In this document: positions 32,647-43,257 of the stretch, piece by piece | Numbering within the stretch: position 1 is the stretch's first letter | Layout: each line of letters starts with the position of its first letter | From: an uncultured virus (IMG/VR IMGVR_UViG_3300042691_024885) | Lineage: Duplodnaviria > Heunggongvirae > Uroviricota > Caudoviricetes | DNA length: 64,000 bases | Reading direction: 5' to 3' (one strand) | Virus record (IMG/VR): IMGVR_UViG_3300042691_024885 | Position numbers and translations under genes: made by a program | The notes under the pieces: generated by a model | Database searches by the model: none | Told to the model about the DNA's origin: nothing | Seen by the model: only the letters and a program-made list of their open reading frames with translations

Positions 32647-34209
32647 ATGTCAAATTGTTATTGTTTAGAGTTTAGTTTTGCGAGTTTAAGTGAGTACGAA
32701 TTAACGTACAACAATTGTACTGGTGGAACCGTAACTGAAACATTTTTAAGTGGAGTTACATATAATATTTGTAGTCAAGATTTTAATCCGATTACATCAT
32801 GTCTTGATATAAATTTTGAGGTAAAAGGACTATGTGTTGATGGAACTTGTCCGGGAGAAACACTTAAATATCAAAATGAATGTAACGTCCTAACAATATT
32901 TCCAATGGGAGTCCAATGTTTTGTGGATCAACCAACACATCCAGGATCAACAGATGGAACTGTAAGTTTATTAATCACAGGAGGAACACCACCTTATTAT
33001 ATAAATTGGGAAAATGGAAGCCATTCACAAACTATAACAAATTTGGGTGTTGGAGAATATTCTGCAACGGTTATAGATTATTATGGTGATTTTACTGCAA
33101 ACACAATATGTGTTTTAACGGGAGATACACCAACACCTAGCGTTACGCCAACACCAACACCTACCCCTATACCGGCATTCCCTGATCTATGTTTGGTTAT
33201 TAAAGGTAGATTTGGAAAAGTTTCATTATTGGAAGTTATTGATTTTACATTTAATGGTTATTATGGTGGAAAACCTAGTTGGATCTCCTCAGATACTTTT
33301 AAATTAATACGTTGGGATTCCATAAATAATCAGTGGGAAATAACAGGATTACCATATACATTGGTTAATTTAAATCCTGCGGTTCCGCCATTAACGGGAT
33401 GGAATACGATAGGTGTAACTTTACCATACCAAATACAGTCAATATCTCTAACTGAAGGTAATTGTGGGACACAAGATATATTAAGATATAATCTCACTAT
33501 TAATCAACCAACCTGTGGATGTGACGGAAGTATAGTTTTTGATATTATTGACGGAGTACCTCCATACCAATACTCAATAAATGGGGTTAATTATTTCAAT
33601 AATCAACCAATATTCCAAAACCTATGTGGTGGAATTTATTCAACTTCAGTAATAGATTCTTCGGGTCAAACTTTTAATCAAACCGCAACTTTAAATTTTC
33701 CACCACCAAATCAAACATATGTTATAACATTAACTTTGAATAATATTGGAAATACATTTAATGTATCGGTAACACCTTCATTACCTGTTGGATCCTCGGT
33801 AACATTTGATTTGGTTCATGTAAGTGATTTTACGGTTTCACCTGTATTCAGCGCATATACCTATAATGATAATGTTGTTGTGAATGTTAATGGATCACCT
33901 ATTTCCGTAACATCACAATCAACACAAAATATACAAACATTGTTAGGTAAAGGATGTAATAATTTTGCAATACCAAATCCAACATCAACTAATAGTGTAA
34001 CAACAAAAACTTGGGGTAATATTACGATGATACAAGGAACAACTGTTAATGGTACAATAAATAATGTGACAACACTTAATCCATTACTTGATCCTGATAC
34101 TCCTTGTTTGTCAGAAAAACATTCTTATACGTTAAATTTAAACAATGTGGAAATTAATGGGTGTGAATGTTGTGATGTTGCAATAGTAAACCCCCCATTG
34201 GTGTTGTAA
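32647..34209 (+). CDS. Modular Cys-rich fibre/adhesin protein with SprB-like repeats and a Pro-Thr linker
   Basis: 'TGGTPPYYINW', 'DGVPPYQYSING' and 'TPTPSVTPTPTPTP'. Confidence 0.65.
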   Translation: MSNCYCLEFSFASLSEYELTYNNCTGGTVTETFLSGVTYNICSQDFNPITSCLDINFEVKGLCVDGTCPGETLKYQNECNVLTIFPMGVQCFVDQPTHPGSTDGTVSLLITGGTPPYYINWENGSHSQTITNLGVGEYSATVIDYYGDFTANTICVLTGDTPTPSVTPTPTPTPIPAFPDLCLVIKGRFGKVSLLEVIDFTFNGYYGGKPSWISSDTFKLIRWDSINNQWEITGLPYTLVNLNPAVPPLTGWNTIGVTLPYQIQSISLTEGNCGTQDILRYNLTINQPTCGCDGSIVFDIIDGVPPYQYSINGVNYFNNQPIFQNLCGGIYSTSVIDSSGQTFNQTATLNFPPPNQTYVITLTLNNIGNTFNVSVTPSLPVGSSVTFDLVHVSDFTVSPVFSAYTYNDNVVVNVNGSPISVTSQSTQNIQTLLGKGCNNFAIPNPTSTNSVTTKTWGNITMIQGTTVNGTINNVTTLNPLLDPDTPCLSEKHSYTLNLNNVEINGCECCDVAIVNPPLVL

Positions 34210-34240
34210 TAAAATAGAAAATATAGTATTTATATAACAA

Positions 34241-36676
34241 ATGGCATATATACTTAAAAATACATCGGGTTTAGTAAATACTAGAGTAACCGACACAGGA
34301 AGACAAAAATTGTCTGAAGGTAATTTTAATATTGCTTATTTCCAAATTGGAGATAGTGAAGTATCATACAACGCATTACCTAGCAGTTATAATCAACCAT
34401 ATAGTATGGTTTTAGAACCACCATTTAATACACAAAATAGTGCTGGAATACCTCAATCAAATAGACAAAGTGTTAAATACCCTTATTTTGTTGATAGTAG
34501 TAATGGGAATACATATGGTATACCATATATGGATTCAGATATTGAACCTGTTTTTAATAGGGCTCCATTAAGGGGATTTTTTACGGGTAATACAACCGCA
34601 ACAACGATAAATTGGAGTGCTTTAACTAATGACAATTATGTTATAAATTCTAATTATGTTGTAAATTTAGGTCAACTTAGTGGGTCAAGTGAAATAACAT
34701 TGATTTTTTCGGGTGTTAGTTATAATACATCAACAACACCTTCAGTTGGGGATCTTATAACAATATATTTTGATGGTAAATCAGACACCAATCAAATTTG
34801 TTATAATGTACCAACACCTACGCCGACAGCGTCCCCCTATTCAACACCGACTTCTACCCCAACACCAAGTAGTACAAATAATATTGAGTGTACGCCAACT
34901 GCAACACCAACACCAACAAAAACTCCTTGTGTAACTCCATCGTCAAGTCCTGCTTGCCCACCACCACCACTACCTGATTGTTTAATGTCTCTTGAGAGTT
35001 GTTATCCTATGATGACATATAAGATTGTTGGTATTTGTGGTAATGTTGTTACATTGGATAGAAATACCCCTGATTTATCAAATTTCTCAGGTAATTGTTA
35101 TTCAAGAGTATTAATATATCCACCAAACATGACAACGATATATGATAGTATTACACCAGGCCCACATTGGAGTCAGGATGTAATTAATTTTGAATCTGTT
35201 TGTGATATAGATCAATTTGATGTAAAGGTTTGGAACATGAACATTCCTTGGAGTGAAAATCCGGCAGGTTTGATACCATCTGTATATCAAGGTTATAATT
35301 ATTTTGGATCCAAAGATTATTTGGGGACTAAAGAATATTTGGGTTATGCTTCCACATTAGGAAGTAGAGACACTAGTTCTGTTTACTATTATAACTCGTT
35401 TGATGAGAAAATAACAGTAACACCTAGTGAACAAAAGGCAATTGCGATCATTCACTATACTAATCAAACAATTGATTTCTTCTATGGTGAAAAATTTGCT
35501 CTTGAACCTTATGATCCAACAAACCCTGAAGACACTACAGGACAAGCAAGAAACTTTAAATTACACGTTCCTTGGCTTATGTGGCACAAGAATTCACAAT
35601 GTTGTTTTGGTGAAACTTTTTGGGTAGATCCTGCGGGATTTGAGGATAAGAATTTATTTGAAGTTCATTATATTGAATCAACAAAGAATTCAGGAATGAA
35701 CCAACCAGGAATTAGATATTATCATCTTTGGGATACTCATGCAAATGCTGACGGATACCCAAGTAGAGTTGGTAAAGTTTTCCCTGATAGTAAAATAATT
35801 GTTATTGACGATGAAGAAATTATTGCGGCAATGTCTTATAAGTCAAATAGAAACTGGACATTAACCGCACCACAAATATCTTTGATCACTCCTAACACTT
35901 GTGGTCAATCAACAACAACCATTGATGGAATTTTGACAGGAAGTAATGAAACTATGTTCGTTACTTATAGATTGTCAAATCCGACAGGATTTACAAACTC
36001 ACTACATTGTAATTATTACTCAAAGATAACAGGAAATAATAATGATTGTAATCCTGATACAACCAAAAATGTTGCGGTTAGATTCGGAGAAGAATTTAAA
36101 TGTTTGGTTCAACCATCATTTAGTGCCGGTAGTGAATGTATTACATCTTGTGTTGTTCCTAATGGTTATTATGCAACTAACTTTGAAATATTATGTCAAA
36201 AAGTAACTACAGGAACAAGACCAAATCCTGCGAATTGGAAGATCATTGATTTTACCTCATCACTTTCAGGATCTACAATAAATGGTTATTTAACTGAAAA
36301 TGGATTAACAGGAACTACATTTGTTATTACACCTGATTTATATAATACCGCACCGACATATAATCTTAATAATTATATTTCATTGCCACAAATTGGAGCA
36401 ACGGGTCAAACACTTAATTTCGGTGATGAATATTATTTCTATGGATCATTTGAGACTGACATCCAAGCAACAATTTACGAAATGAAATACAAGGTCAATT
36501 TAAGTAATGCTGAGTTCCTTAGAAGTACAAATCCTACTTGGACACAAGGTAATCCATTATATATTAGTGAAATTGCATTACTTGATAGAAACAAAGATGT
36601 TTTGGTTGTCTCTAAATTACAATCACCTGTTTTAAGACAAGGTATTCAGCAATTTGTGGTCAAGTTAGATTTCTAA
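34241..36676 (+). CDS. Tail-collar / fibre attachment protein with inserted Pro-Thr segment
   Basis: N-terminal 'VTDTGRQKLSEG...YFQIGD' and C-terminal 'ISEIALLD....LVVSKL..PV.R...VKLDF' resemble the P2 gpH N-terminal / DUF3751 domain. Confidence 0.6.
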   Translation: MAYILKNTSGLVNTRVTDTGRQKLSEGNFNIAYFQIGDSEVSYNALPSSYNQPYSMVLEPPFNTQNSAGIPQSNRQSVKYPYFVDSSNGNTYGIPYMDSDIEPVFNRAPLRGFFTGNTTATTINWSALTNDNYVINSNYVVNLGQLSGSSEITLIFSGVSYNTSTTPSVGDLITIYFDGKSDTNQICYNVPTPTPTASPYSTPTSTPTPSSTNNIECTPTATPTPTKTPCVTPSSSPACPPPPLPDCLMSLESCYPMMTYKIVGICGNVVTLDRNTPDLSNFSGNCYSRVLIYPPNMTTIYDSITPGPHWSQDVINFESVCDIDQFDVKVWNMNIPWSENPAGLIPSVYQGYNYFGSKDYLGTKEYLGYASTLGSRDTSSVYYYNSFDEKITVTPSEQKAIAIIHYTNQTIDFFYGEKFALEPYDPTNPEDTTGQARNFKLHVPWLMWHKNSQCCFGETFWVDPAGFEDKNLFEVHYIESTKNSGMNQPGIRYYHLWDTHANADGYPSRVGKVFPDSKIIVIDDEEIIAAMSYKSNRNWTLTAPQISLITPNTCGQSTTTIDGILTGSNETMFVTYRLSNPTGFTNSLHCNYYSKITGNNNDCNPDTTKNVAVRFGEEFKCLVQPSFSAGSECITSCVVPNGYYATNFEILCQKVTTGTRPNPANWKIIDFTSSLSGSTINGYLTENGLTGTTFVITPDLYNTAPTYNLNNYISLPQIGATGQTLNFGDEYYFYGSFETDIQATIYEMKYKVNLSNAEFLRSTNPTWTQGNPLYISEIALLDRNKDVLVVSKLQSPVLRQGIQQFVVKLDF

Positions 36677-36726
36677 AACTTTAATTTTTTTTATTAGTCA
36701 TTATATTATTAATAAATAATTTTTTT

Positions 36727-37332
36727 ATGGCAAAAAATATTAAGAACTCACCCAAGATATTAGGATTAGATGTCTCAACAAGAACTATAGGTTGGGCTTT
36801 ATTTGATATACAAACAAAAGAACTTTTAGAGTTATCTCACGTTTCACCAAGACCAAAAGCTAAAGATTTTGGTGATAATAAGATGTTAGAGCTTATTTTA
36901 AAATCTGAAATTTTTAAAACAAAATTATTGGAATATAAAAATTTGGGTATTGTAAACGTAATCATTGAAGAACCATTATTAAATTCAAATAACGTATATA
37001 CAATACAAACATTATTAAGGTTTAATACATTGATATGTAAAGAAATATATGATGTTTTAGGTATTGTTCCTGAATTTATATCAACCTATAATTCAAGAAA
37101 ATTTGCATTCCCTGAATTGGTTAAGGAAAATGATAAAAAGAAATTTGTATTATTTGGAGGATTACCAAAAGATGTTGATAAGAAAATGATAATTTGGGAA
37201 TTAGTTGCAAAAAAGGAACCACAGATCCAATGGTTATACACCAAAAATAATACTCTCAAGAAAGAAAACTTTGATCAAACTGATGCATATACTTGTGTTT
37301 TAGGATATATGAGATCAAGAGAAATTTGGTAA
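36727..37332 (+). CDS. ruvC: RuvC-like Holliday junction resolvase
   Basis: Catalytic motifs 'ILGLDVSTRTIGWA', 'IIEEP' and 'DQTDAY'. Confidence 0.82.
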   Translation: MAKNIKNSPKILGLDVSTRTIGWALFDIQTKELLELSHVSPRPKAKDFGDNKMLELILKSEIFKTKLLEYKNLGIVNVIIEEPLLNSNNVYTIQTLLRFNTLICKEIYDVLGIVPEFISTYNSRKFAFPELVKENDKKKFVLFGGLPKDVDKKMIIWELVAKKEPQIQWLYTKNNTLKKENFDQTDAYTCVLGYMRSREIW

Positions 37333-37378
37333 ATCATCTAATTAAACGATAATTTTAAATATCATATAATTAGACGAT
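37333..37378. repeat. Two tandem imperfect copies of the 18-bp palindrome ATCGTCTAATTAGACGAT
   Basis: ATCATCTAATTAAACGAT (37333-37350) and ATCATATAATTAGACGAT (37361-37378), 10-bp spacer, between convergent genes. Confidence 0.75.
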
Positions 37379-37386
37379 TATATTAA

Positions 37387-37581
37387 TTATTCGGGTTGAT
37401 ATATTCCATACTTAATATAATATGCCGGATATTGATATAATGGGAAATCAGGTGGATATATTGGGTTATTTAATTCACCGACTAATACCATTTCATCATA
37501 TTCATATTCACCACTAACACAAACAACCCTATTTGGTTCATTGTGTAATATTTCTCCTTTTTCTAGTAAAATTTTTTCCAT
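37387..37581 (-). CDS. Small hypothetical protein, last gene of the minus-strand fibre operon
   Basis: 64-aa ORF tightly packed behind 37585-37746. Confidence 0.6.
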   Translation of the reverse strand: MEKILLEKGEILHNEPNRVVCVSGEYEYDEMVLVGELNNPIYPPDFPLYQYPAYYIKYGIYQPE

Positions 37582-37584
37582 AAT

Positions 37585-37746
37585 TTAACTTATAAAAATA
37601 AAACTAACTTCACCCGTACCACCACTGGTTTGTTGAAAGTCAAAATTATCACCATCATAACTGTACCCAAGAGTAACCCCACCTGGGGTACTTTCAGGTG
37701 TTTCATATATAAAGATTAATGAATCATATGTTATATCATCTATCAT
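37585..37746 (-). CDS. Small hypothetical protein (53 aa, MIDDITYDSLIFIYETPESTPGG...), not in the ORF track
   Basis: Its ATG overlaps the TGA of 37743-39908 (ATGA) and it fills the gap exactly. Confidence 0.65.
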   Translation of the reverse strand: MIDDITYDSLIFIYETPESTPGGVTLGYSYDGDNFDFQQTSGGTGEVSFIFIS

Positions 37747-39908
37747 GTGTATAATATTGGTTTAACTATTAATCCTGATGCGGATAAGGTACTTGCACTA
37801 TATCTAATATAATTACCCACAGTATTTGCCGATGATGACCATGAATTCCATGTATTACCATCATTTGATGAATATTGCCAAATACCATTTGTTGATCCAC
37901 TAACACTATCACTTAATAGTAATGTACTACCAGTTACATTATAAATATTAATATTAAGATTTGGTATTTGGTCATTGAATATAGAACTTTGCCTCCAAGA
38001 AAAAATTTGAGACCCAATATTTGTATTTTCAATTGATGGGTCGTAATATGTTGTTGAAAGTGGGGTGTTATTTTCGTAATAGGACATTGAAATTCCATAT
38101 ATTTTTGATGGAATACAATTATTACCGATTGTTTTAAATGTTAGTTTAAATTGAATGCTTGAACCTGATGAGGAAGAAATATCTCCGTTTTGGCCAACTA
38201 ATACCCAAGATCCTGTGTCTGCAGTTATTCCTGAAGTTCTATAATAAATGTCAAAATTTTCTGTTGGGACAATAAATCTATCTTCATTAAAATATGATTT
38301 TGATTTAACATAAATTTTATTATATGTTGTTGCTGATGGTGTAGAAAACTCTGGTGTTATAATATAAGCATTTGTTGTTGTATGATATTGTTTGTCTGCC
38401 TCTAAAGGTAATGCGTATATGATATTATTATTAGTTGCTACATCCCTAACAATGTATGACAACTCATCAAAATAATATGATCTTATTGGTGAGCTAATAT
38501 AGTTAGCTGTAGGCTCATCAATACTAAACACCGTATATGTGTTTGTTTGGACTGTGTCATTTGTTAATGCAACTCTCTCAAAAGTGGTGGTTGAACCACT
38601 AATGTATGGGGTAACATAATGCCTAAATGTTCCTTGTAAATTTGGTATATAAAATCTTTGTGATTTTTCTAAATAGTGGAACCCTTGTAATTGTGAACTG
38701 GTACTAAAAGTAACCGCAGACCCAGGAGGGTTCTCAACCATAGTGTCTGAAATAAAAGTTGTTGATCCACTAACTATATTTGCAGGAATTACTCTACCAA
38801 TCCTTGTGTAATAATTTATATAATAATTATTATTAGTTCCTTTGATAAATGAATTGAAGAATCCCATATTTGTTCCTCCATGGGATTGAGATCCTGTTGT
38901 TAATAAAAATGGAGAATTTGAAACTCCACCAACAACTGTTAATGGTGATCTTATGTTGAATTTTTGTATGGATGATGTTGTGGATGATAGATAACTCAAA
39001 CTATATAATTCTTGGTTAGTAAAAGACGTTTTATCTTCCATTATAAGACCAATTGGTATGAATGATGCGGTAGTTCCTGTTGCATCTATTATTCTGTATC
39101 CTGCCCTTATGTTATCTACGGTTGTTGCAACAGGAATAACAGTTGGAGTTGGTCTGAAAAGTTCATATCTTAAACCTTTAGTAATCATAATACTTCTAAT
39201 TGATGCTGTTGCAACCCCATAATTGGTATAAATTAATCTAAAATCCTCAATTACATATGGAGTACCTGCGGAATATGATAAACCATTAGTTTCGCCATCA
39301 GTACTATATTCTTTACCTATAATTAAAACTGTATTAGCCGATACTGATGTAATTTCATACCATTTAGTAATTGCACTTGATATTGTTGATCCGAAGCCAA
39401 TTCTATTGCCCGCACATACACCATTGGTAACCCAAGAAGTACTATCACCACTAACAATTGTTGAATTAACACTTACAGTACCGCCAGTATGATATTCCAT
39501 AGATGGTGTTATAGAATATGAGGTATGTGAAGCATTATTTGGTGCGTTAACCGTAATACTACCAATATTATTAAATTCTTTTGTGGATTTTGTGTATGTA
39601 CCTAAAAAAAATCTTTTAGCCACATTTCCCGTATTTTCTGTACCATGGTTATATATAATCCAGTTTACGTCTGAATTATATTTTAAAAACCCTAATGAAT
39701 TAATTTGGTCGTTATATACCGTTGAAAACTGTCTTACAACCTCATAACCTCTTATAAAAAAAGGTTCATATGGGGTTACGTAAATGTCTCCATATGAATC
39801 GGTATTTTTTTCCATTAAATACCCCAAATTCAATTTTGTGGAATCGTAATTAAGAGGATAGTCAACCGACTGAGTATCAAAATTATATTCAATAAAATTT
39901 TTATACAT
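37743..39908 (-). CDS. Putative fibre/receptor-binding protein, paralog of 39910-43254
   Basis: Shared blocks 'GGTV.VN...V.G..T.W', 'RIGFGS', 'GTPYVIE', 'IF.WRQ' and 'TVGNYIRY'. Confidence 0.65.
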   Translation of the reverse strand: MYKNFIEYNFDTQSVDYPLNYDSTKLNLGYLMEKNTDSYGDIYVTPYEPFFIRGYEVVRQFSTVYNDQINSLGFLKYNSDVNWIIYNHGTENTGNVAKRFFLGTYTKSTKEFNNIGSITVNAPNNASHTSYSITPSMEYHTGGTVSVNSTIVSGDSTSWVTNGVCAGNRIGFGSTISSAITKWYEITSVSANTVLIIGKEYSTDGETNGLSYSAGTPYVIEDFRLIYTNYGVATASIRSIMITKGLRYELFRPTPTVIPVATTVDNIRAGYRIIDATGTTASFIPIGLIMEDKTSFTNQELYSLSYLSSTTSSIQKFNIRSPLTVVGGVSNSPFLLTTGSQSHGGTNMGFFNSFIKGTNNNYYINYYTRIGRVIPANIVSGSTTFISDTMVENPPGSAVTFSTSSQLQGFHYLEKSQRFYIPNLQGTFRHYVTPYISGSTTTFERVALTNDTVQTNTYTVFSIDEPTANYISSPIRSYYFDELSYIVRDVATNNNIIYALPLEADKQYHTTTNAYIITPEFSTPSATTYNKIYVKSKSYFNEDRFIVPTENFDIYYRTSGITADTGSWVLVGQNGDISSSSGSSIQFKLTFKTIGNNCIPSKIYGISMSYYENNTPLSTTYYDPSIENTNIGSQIFSWRQSSIFNDQIPNLNINIYNVTGSTLLLSDSVSGSTNGIWQYSSNDGNTWNSWSSSANTVGNYIRYSASTLSASGLIVKPILYT

Positions 39909-39909
39909 A

Positions 39910-42900
39910 TTATATTTTATTTAATCCTACTCTTAATTTTATTCCTGAAGGTACAAAATCGGCAACATAACGAATATAATTACCGACTGTATCTGCCGAT
40001 GATGCCCAAGACTGCCAAGTATTCCCATCTGTTGAATACTCCCATGTTCCTGAAGATGAGGTTGATACCGTATCATAAAATACAATATTGTTATTTGTTG
40101 AATTATATAATCTTAATTTAAGATCGGGAATATTACCATTCCATAAGGAATCTTGTCTCCACGCAAATATTCTATTATTTAAATTTGTTTTAGCGACGGA
40201 TGGACTGTAATGAGAATCAGTTCTATCATCTTCATATAATAAACTAAACCCATATATTCTATTCACTAAGCAAGTATTGCCAGCAACTTTATATGAAAAT
40301 CTAAATTGTATTGTTATGTCATCTAAAACACCTTCACAGATTATATCATTATTTAAATCCTCAACTGAAGTAAACGTTGTCCAAGATCCTGAATTATCAT
40401 CAATTCCTGTAGTTCTATAATCAATAACAATTGGTTCTGGTGGTAATGCAAATGGGTAACTTCCATACTCTTTAAGAGTATTAACAAATAACCCTGTAAT
40501 TGAAATTACGTTTGGTAAAGTATATTTTGGGCTAATAAAAACATTATTAGATGTGTCAACATATTTTGCCTCACAAGATAATGGTACGGAATATAGGTTA
40601 TTTTGTATGGTATTTAAAGGTCTACATAAATGTAAAACACCATTACAAACAGACCCAAAGAATCCAGTTCCTAATGTGTCAGGATATTTAGGTGCATTAG
40701 CGTTTGATGTATTTCCTTGTAGTTGACCTCCATTAAATAAAAATGCCAAATCAAATGAATTTTCATATGCTAAATTATTATAAGTTTCTCTACCATAAAA
40801 GGTACTCACCAATGTTGGTTGTTGTAAGTTTGTTCTATATCCTGTTATATAACTTTTTGCCGTTGTTGATGTGTTTAAAACAATTAATCTATCAATTTCA
40901 GGCATATAATATACTCTACCTACGTTTCCTGCCGCAGCATAAGTGGTTGTTGACCCTGGAGGAACCTCAGACATTACACTAAATGAAAGTGTTGCCTCGT
41001 TTGAGAAAGATTCTATTGGTGATTGAATAACACCTGAACCGTCCATATAAAACGACTCAACTCCTTGAGCACTTCCTGATTGCATTGTTGATATTGTAAA
41101 TTTACCTGTTGAATATGTATTTGGGGCAGATCCTGTGGTATCAAGAACTGCGTTTGTGCTTTCAATTAATTGACTAAAAGTGTTAAATTTAATACGACCA
41201 CTACTATCACCAATTTGATTTATTGTTGGACTTTTAATATTAAATCTTGCTATTCTTCCTGTACTATTAATTACATAAAGATATTGAGTATTTGCACTTA
41301 TTACACCTGTAATATAATTATCTTTTATTGTGTTTGTAAAAGTGGCAACATAGTTAGGGCCTCTAGCGACAGTATAGTTACAATCTTCTAATTCATACAT
41401 ACCTTTAGATAATGCAGCGTAATTGAAAACAGGAGTTACAATTGAGGTTGGGGATATTGTAAAATCTTGTTTTGCAAGTCCTTGTATCATAAAAGGCCCG
41501 GTGCCTGTTCTATACGTAAATAATTTTAGTTCCTCAATAACGTAAGGAGTTCCTGTGGAAAAAACACCGGCAGAACTATTTAATGAGATCCTTTGTGATA
41601 TATAGTCTGTGGTTGTTATAAAATTAGGATCTCTTGTTCCTCCCGTTGTTTCAACACAAACGATTCCATTATCTATTGCCGTATTAGATGTTGTTAAATA
41701 TAACCTATCTTCACTAGGACTTAATGCCATTGCATTATTTGAATAACTTACAGCGTTTGCTGCGGAAGTTAAATTAAATAAAAAATTTGGATCCGCGGTT
41801 AATGTATTGATATTTCTTTTAGTTGTGGTAAATTGATTTGTGTTAATATAAATATTATTTGACGAATCAACCACCATTGAATATGGTTGTACAGCAGAAG
41901 GTGATGCCGATGTAATAATGGCGTTACCCGTTGAGGATAATTCAGTTAAATGTATATTACTTGACCCCTTCCAACTACCAAATGAACCACCCGCAATAAT
42001 TGTATTTGTAGAAGATTTATAATGAATCGTAAAAACTACACCATCAAAAGCATTAGACGAACCAGCCGCACCAACAACAAAAGTGGAATCAGTACCACCT
42101 GTTTTTAAAATTTTTGCAATGTATCTTGAGTTATTTGCCACCGCACCAACTTGAGTAAAGTTACCACCAATATAGACATCATTATTATTATCAACAGCAA
42201 TTGTATTAACATTTGTGTTTGGACTATTTGTTGTTGAATAACTAACATCCCTAGTTCCACCTGTTGTGAGTTTTGCTAAATATGGTGAAGAAACCCCACT
42301 GTAAGTTGTAAAAGCACCTCCCACCCATAAGGATCCGGTAGAGTCAAATTGAATATCATAAACAGTACTATTAAAACCTGAAGTATTGTCAAATGAGGTA
42401 TCTTTAGTACCATCAGTATTTAATTTTATTATTCGGTTATTTGTCTGTCCACTATATTGAGTGAAATCACCACCAACATATAATTTACCGGATGAGTCAA
42501 ATTTAATCACCCTAACTGTTGAATTAAATCCTGATGTGCTAAATGAAGTGTCTATGGTTCCGTTTGAATTTAATCTGGCAATCCTATTAGTACTAACTCC
42601 ATTGTATGTTGTAAAATCTCCTCCGATATAAATTTTCCCTGAATTATCAACCCTTACACAATGTATTGCTCCATTTGAAACTGAAGGTGTTGTCATGTTT
42701 GTATAACCACTAATTCTATACCATTGAGTGATTTGAGACGGGTCATTTGATCCAAATCCAATCCTTGATCCTACGGCAATCCTATTACTAATCCAATCAG
42801 TACTTGTCCCTGTAACTGAAGTCCCGTTTACTTGAACTGTGCCTCCTGTGTAATAATTTAAACTTGCTTTTATTGCGTGTTGAATTCTAAGGTTGGAACT

Positions 42901-43254
42901 ATCTAAGTTTGCGCAAGAAATTGCACCAACATAACTGTAAGTGAAATTTGATTTATCAAATTCATACATTGCAATGTCTGTTGTTGCGACCGAAGCATCA
43001 AAACCCTTTAGTGCGAATAACCATTGAGTATTTCCGGTATATGGTATTACGTCTATATCTCCCCAGTTATTAACACCTGTATCTTGTGTTATATCTCTAA
43101 ATGTTGTTGGATTTGGTGAAATATAATAATCACTTGTTGTTGCACCCGTAAATTTATATATATCAGGGCCTAAAACTGTTTTTGTTGAGTTATAATTATT
43201 ATAATCAACAACATCAGCACTATAAGCATCAAACTCTATTAAATTTTTAGCCAT
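39910..43254 (-). CDS. Putative receptor-binding protein with delta-60 (DUF5122-like) beta-propeller repeats
   Basis: Repeats 'GKIYIGGDFTTYNG...NRIARLNSNGTIDTSF'. Confidence 0.75.
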   Translation of the reverse strand: MAKNLIEFDAYSADVVDYNNYNSTKTVLGPDIYKFTGATTSDYYISPNPTTFRDITQDTGVNNWGDIDVIPYTGNTQWLFALKGFDASVATTDIAMYEFDKSNFTYSYVGAISCANLDSSNLRIQHAIKASLNYYTGGTVQVNGTSVTGTSTDWISNRIAVGSRIGFGSNDPSQITQWYRISGYTNMTTPSVSNGAIHCVRVDNSGKIYIGGDFTTYNGVSTNRIARLNSNGTIDTSFSTSGFNSTVRVIKFDSSGKLYVGGDFTQYSGQTNNRIIKLNTDGTKDTSFDNTSGFNSTVYDIQFDSTGSLWVGGAFTTYSGVSSPYLAKLTTGGTRDVSYSTTNSPNTNVNTIAVDNNNDVYIGGNFTQVGAVANNSRYIAKILKTGGTDSTFVVGAAGSSNAFDGVVFTIHYKSSTNTIIAGGSFGSWKGSSNIHLTELSSTGNAIITSASPSAVQPYSMVVDSSNNIYINTNQFTTTKRNINTLTADPNFLFNLTSAANAVSYSNNAMALSPSEDRLYLTTSNTAIDNGIVCVETTGGTRDPNFITTTDYISQRISLNSSAGVFSTGTPYVIEELKLFTYRTGTGPFMIQGLAKQDFTISPTSIVTPVFNYAALSKGMYELEDCNYTVARGPNYVATFTNTIKDNYITGVISANTQYLYVINSTGRIARFNIKSPTINQIGDSSGRIKFNTFSQLIESTNAVLDTTGSAPNTYSTGKFTISTMQSGSAQGVESFYMDGSGVIQSPIESFSNEATLSFSVMSEVPPGSTTTYAAAGNVGRVYYMPEIDRLIVLNTSTTAKSYITGYRTNLQQPTLVSTFYGRETYNNLAYENSFDLAFLFNGGQLQGNTSNANAPKYPDTLGTGFFGSVCNGVLHLCRPLNTIQNNLYSVPLSCEAKYVDTSNNVFISPKYTLPNVISITGLFVNTLKEYGSYPFALPPEPIVIDYRTTGIDDNSGSWTTFTSVEDLNNDIICEGVLDDITIQFRFSYKVAGNTCLVNRIYGFSLLYEDDRTDSHYSPSVAKTNLNNRIFAWRQDSLWNGNIPDLKLRLYNSTNNNIVFYDTVSTSSSGTWEYSTDGNTWQSWASSADTVGNYIRYVADFVPSGIKLRVGLNKI

Positions 43255-43257
43255 ATC

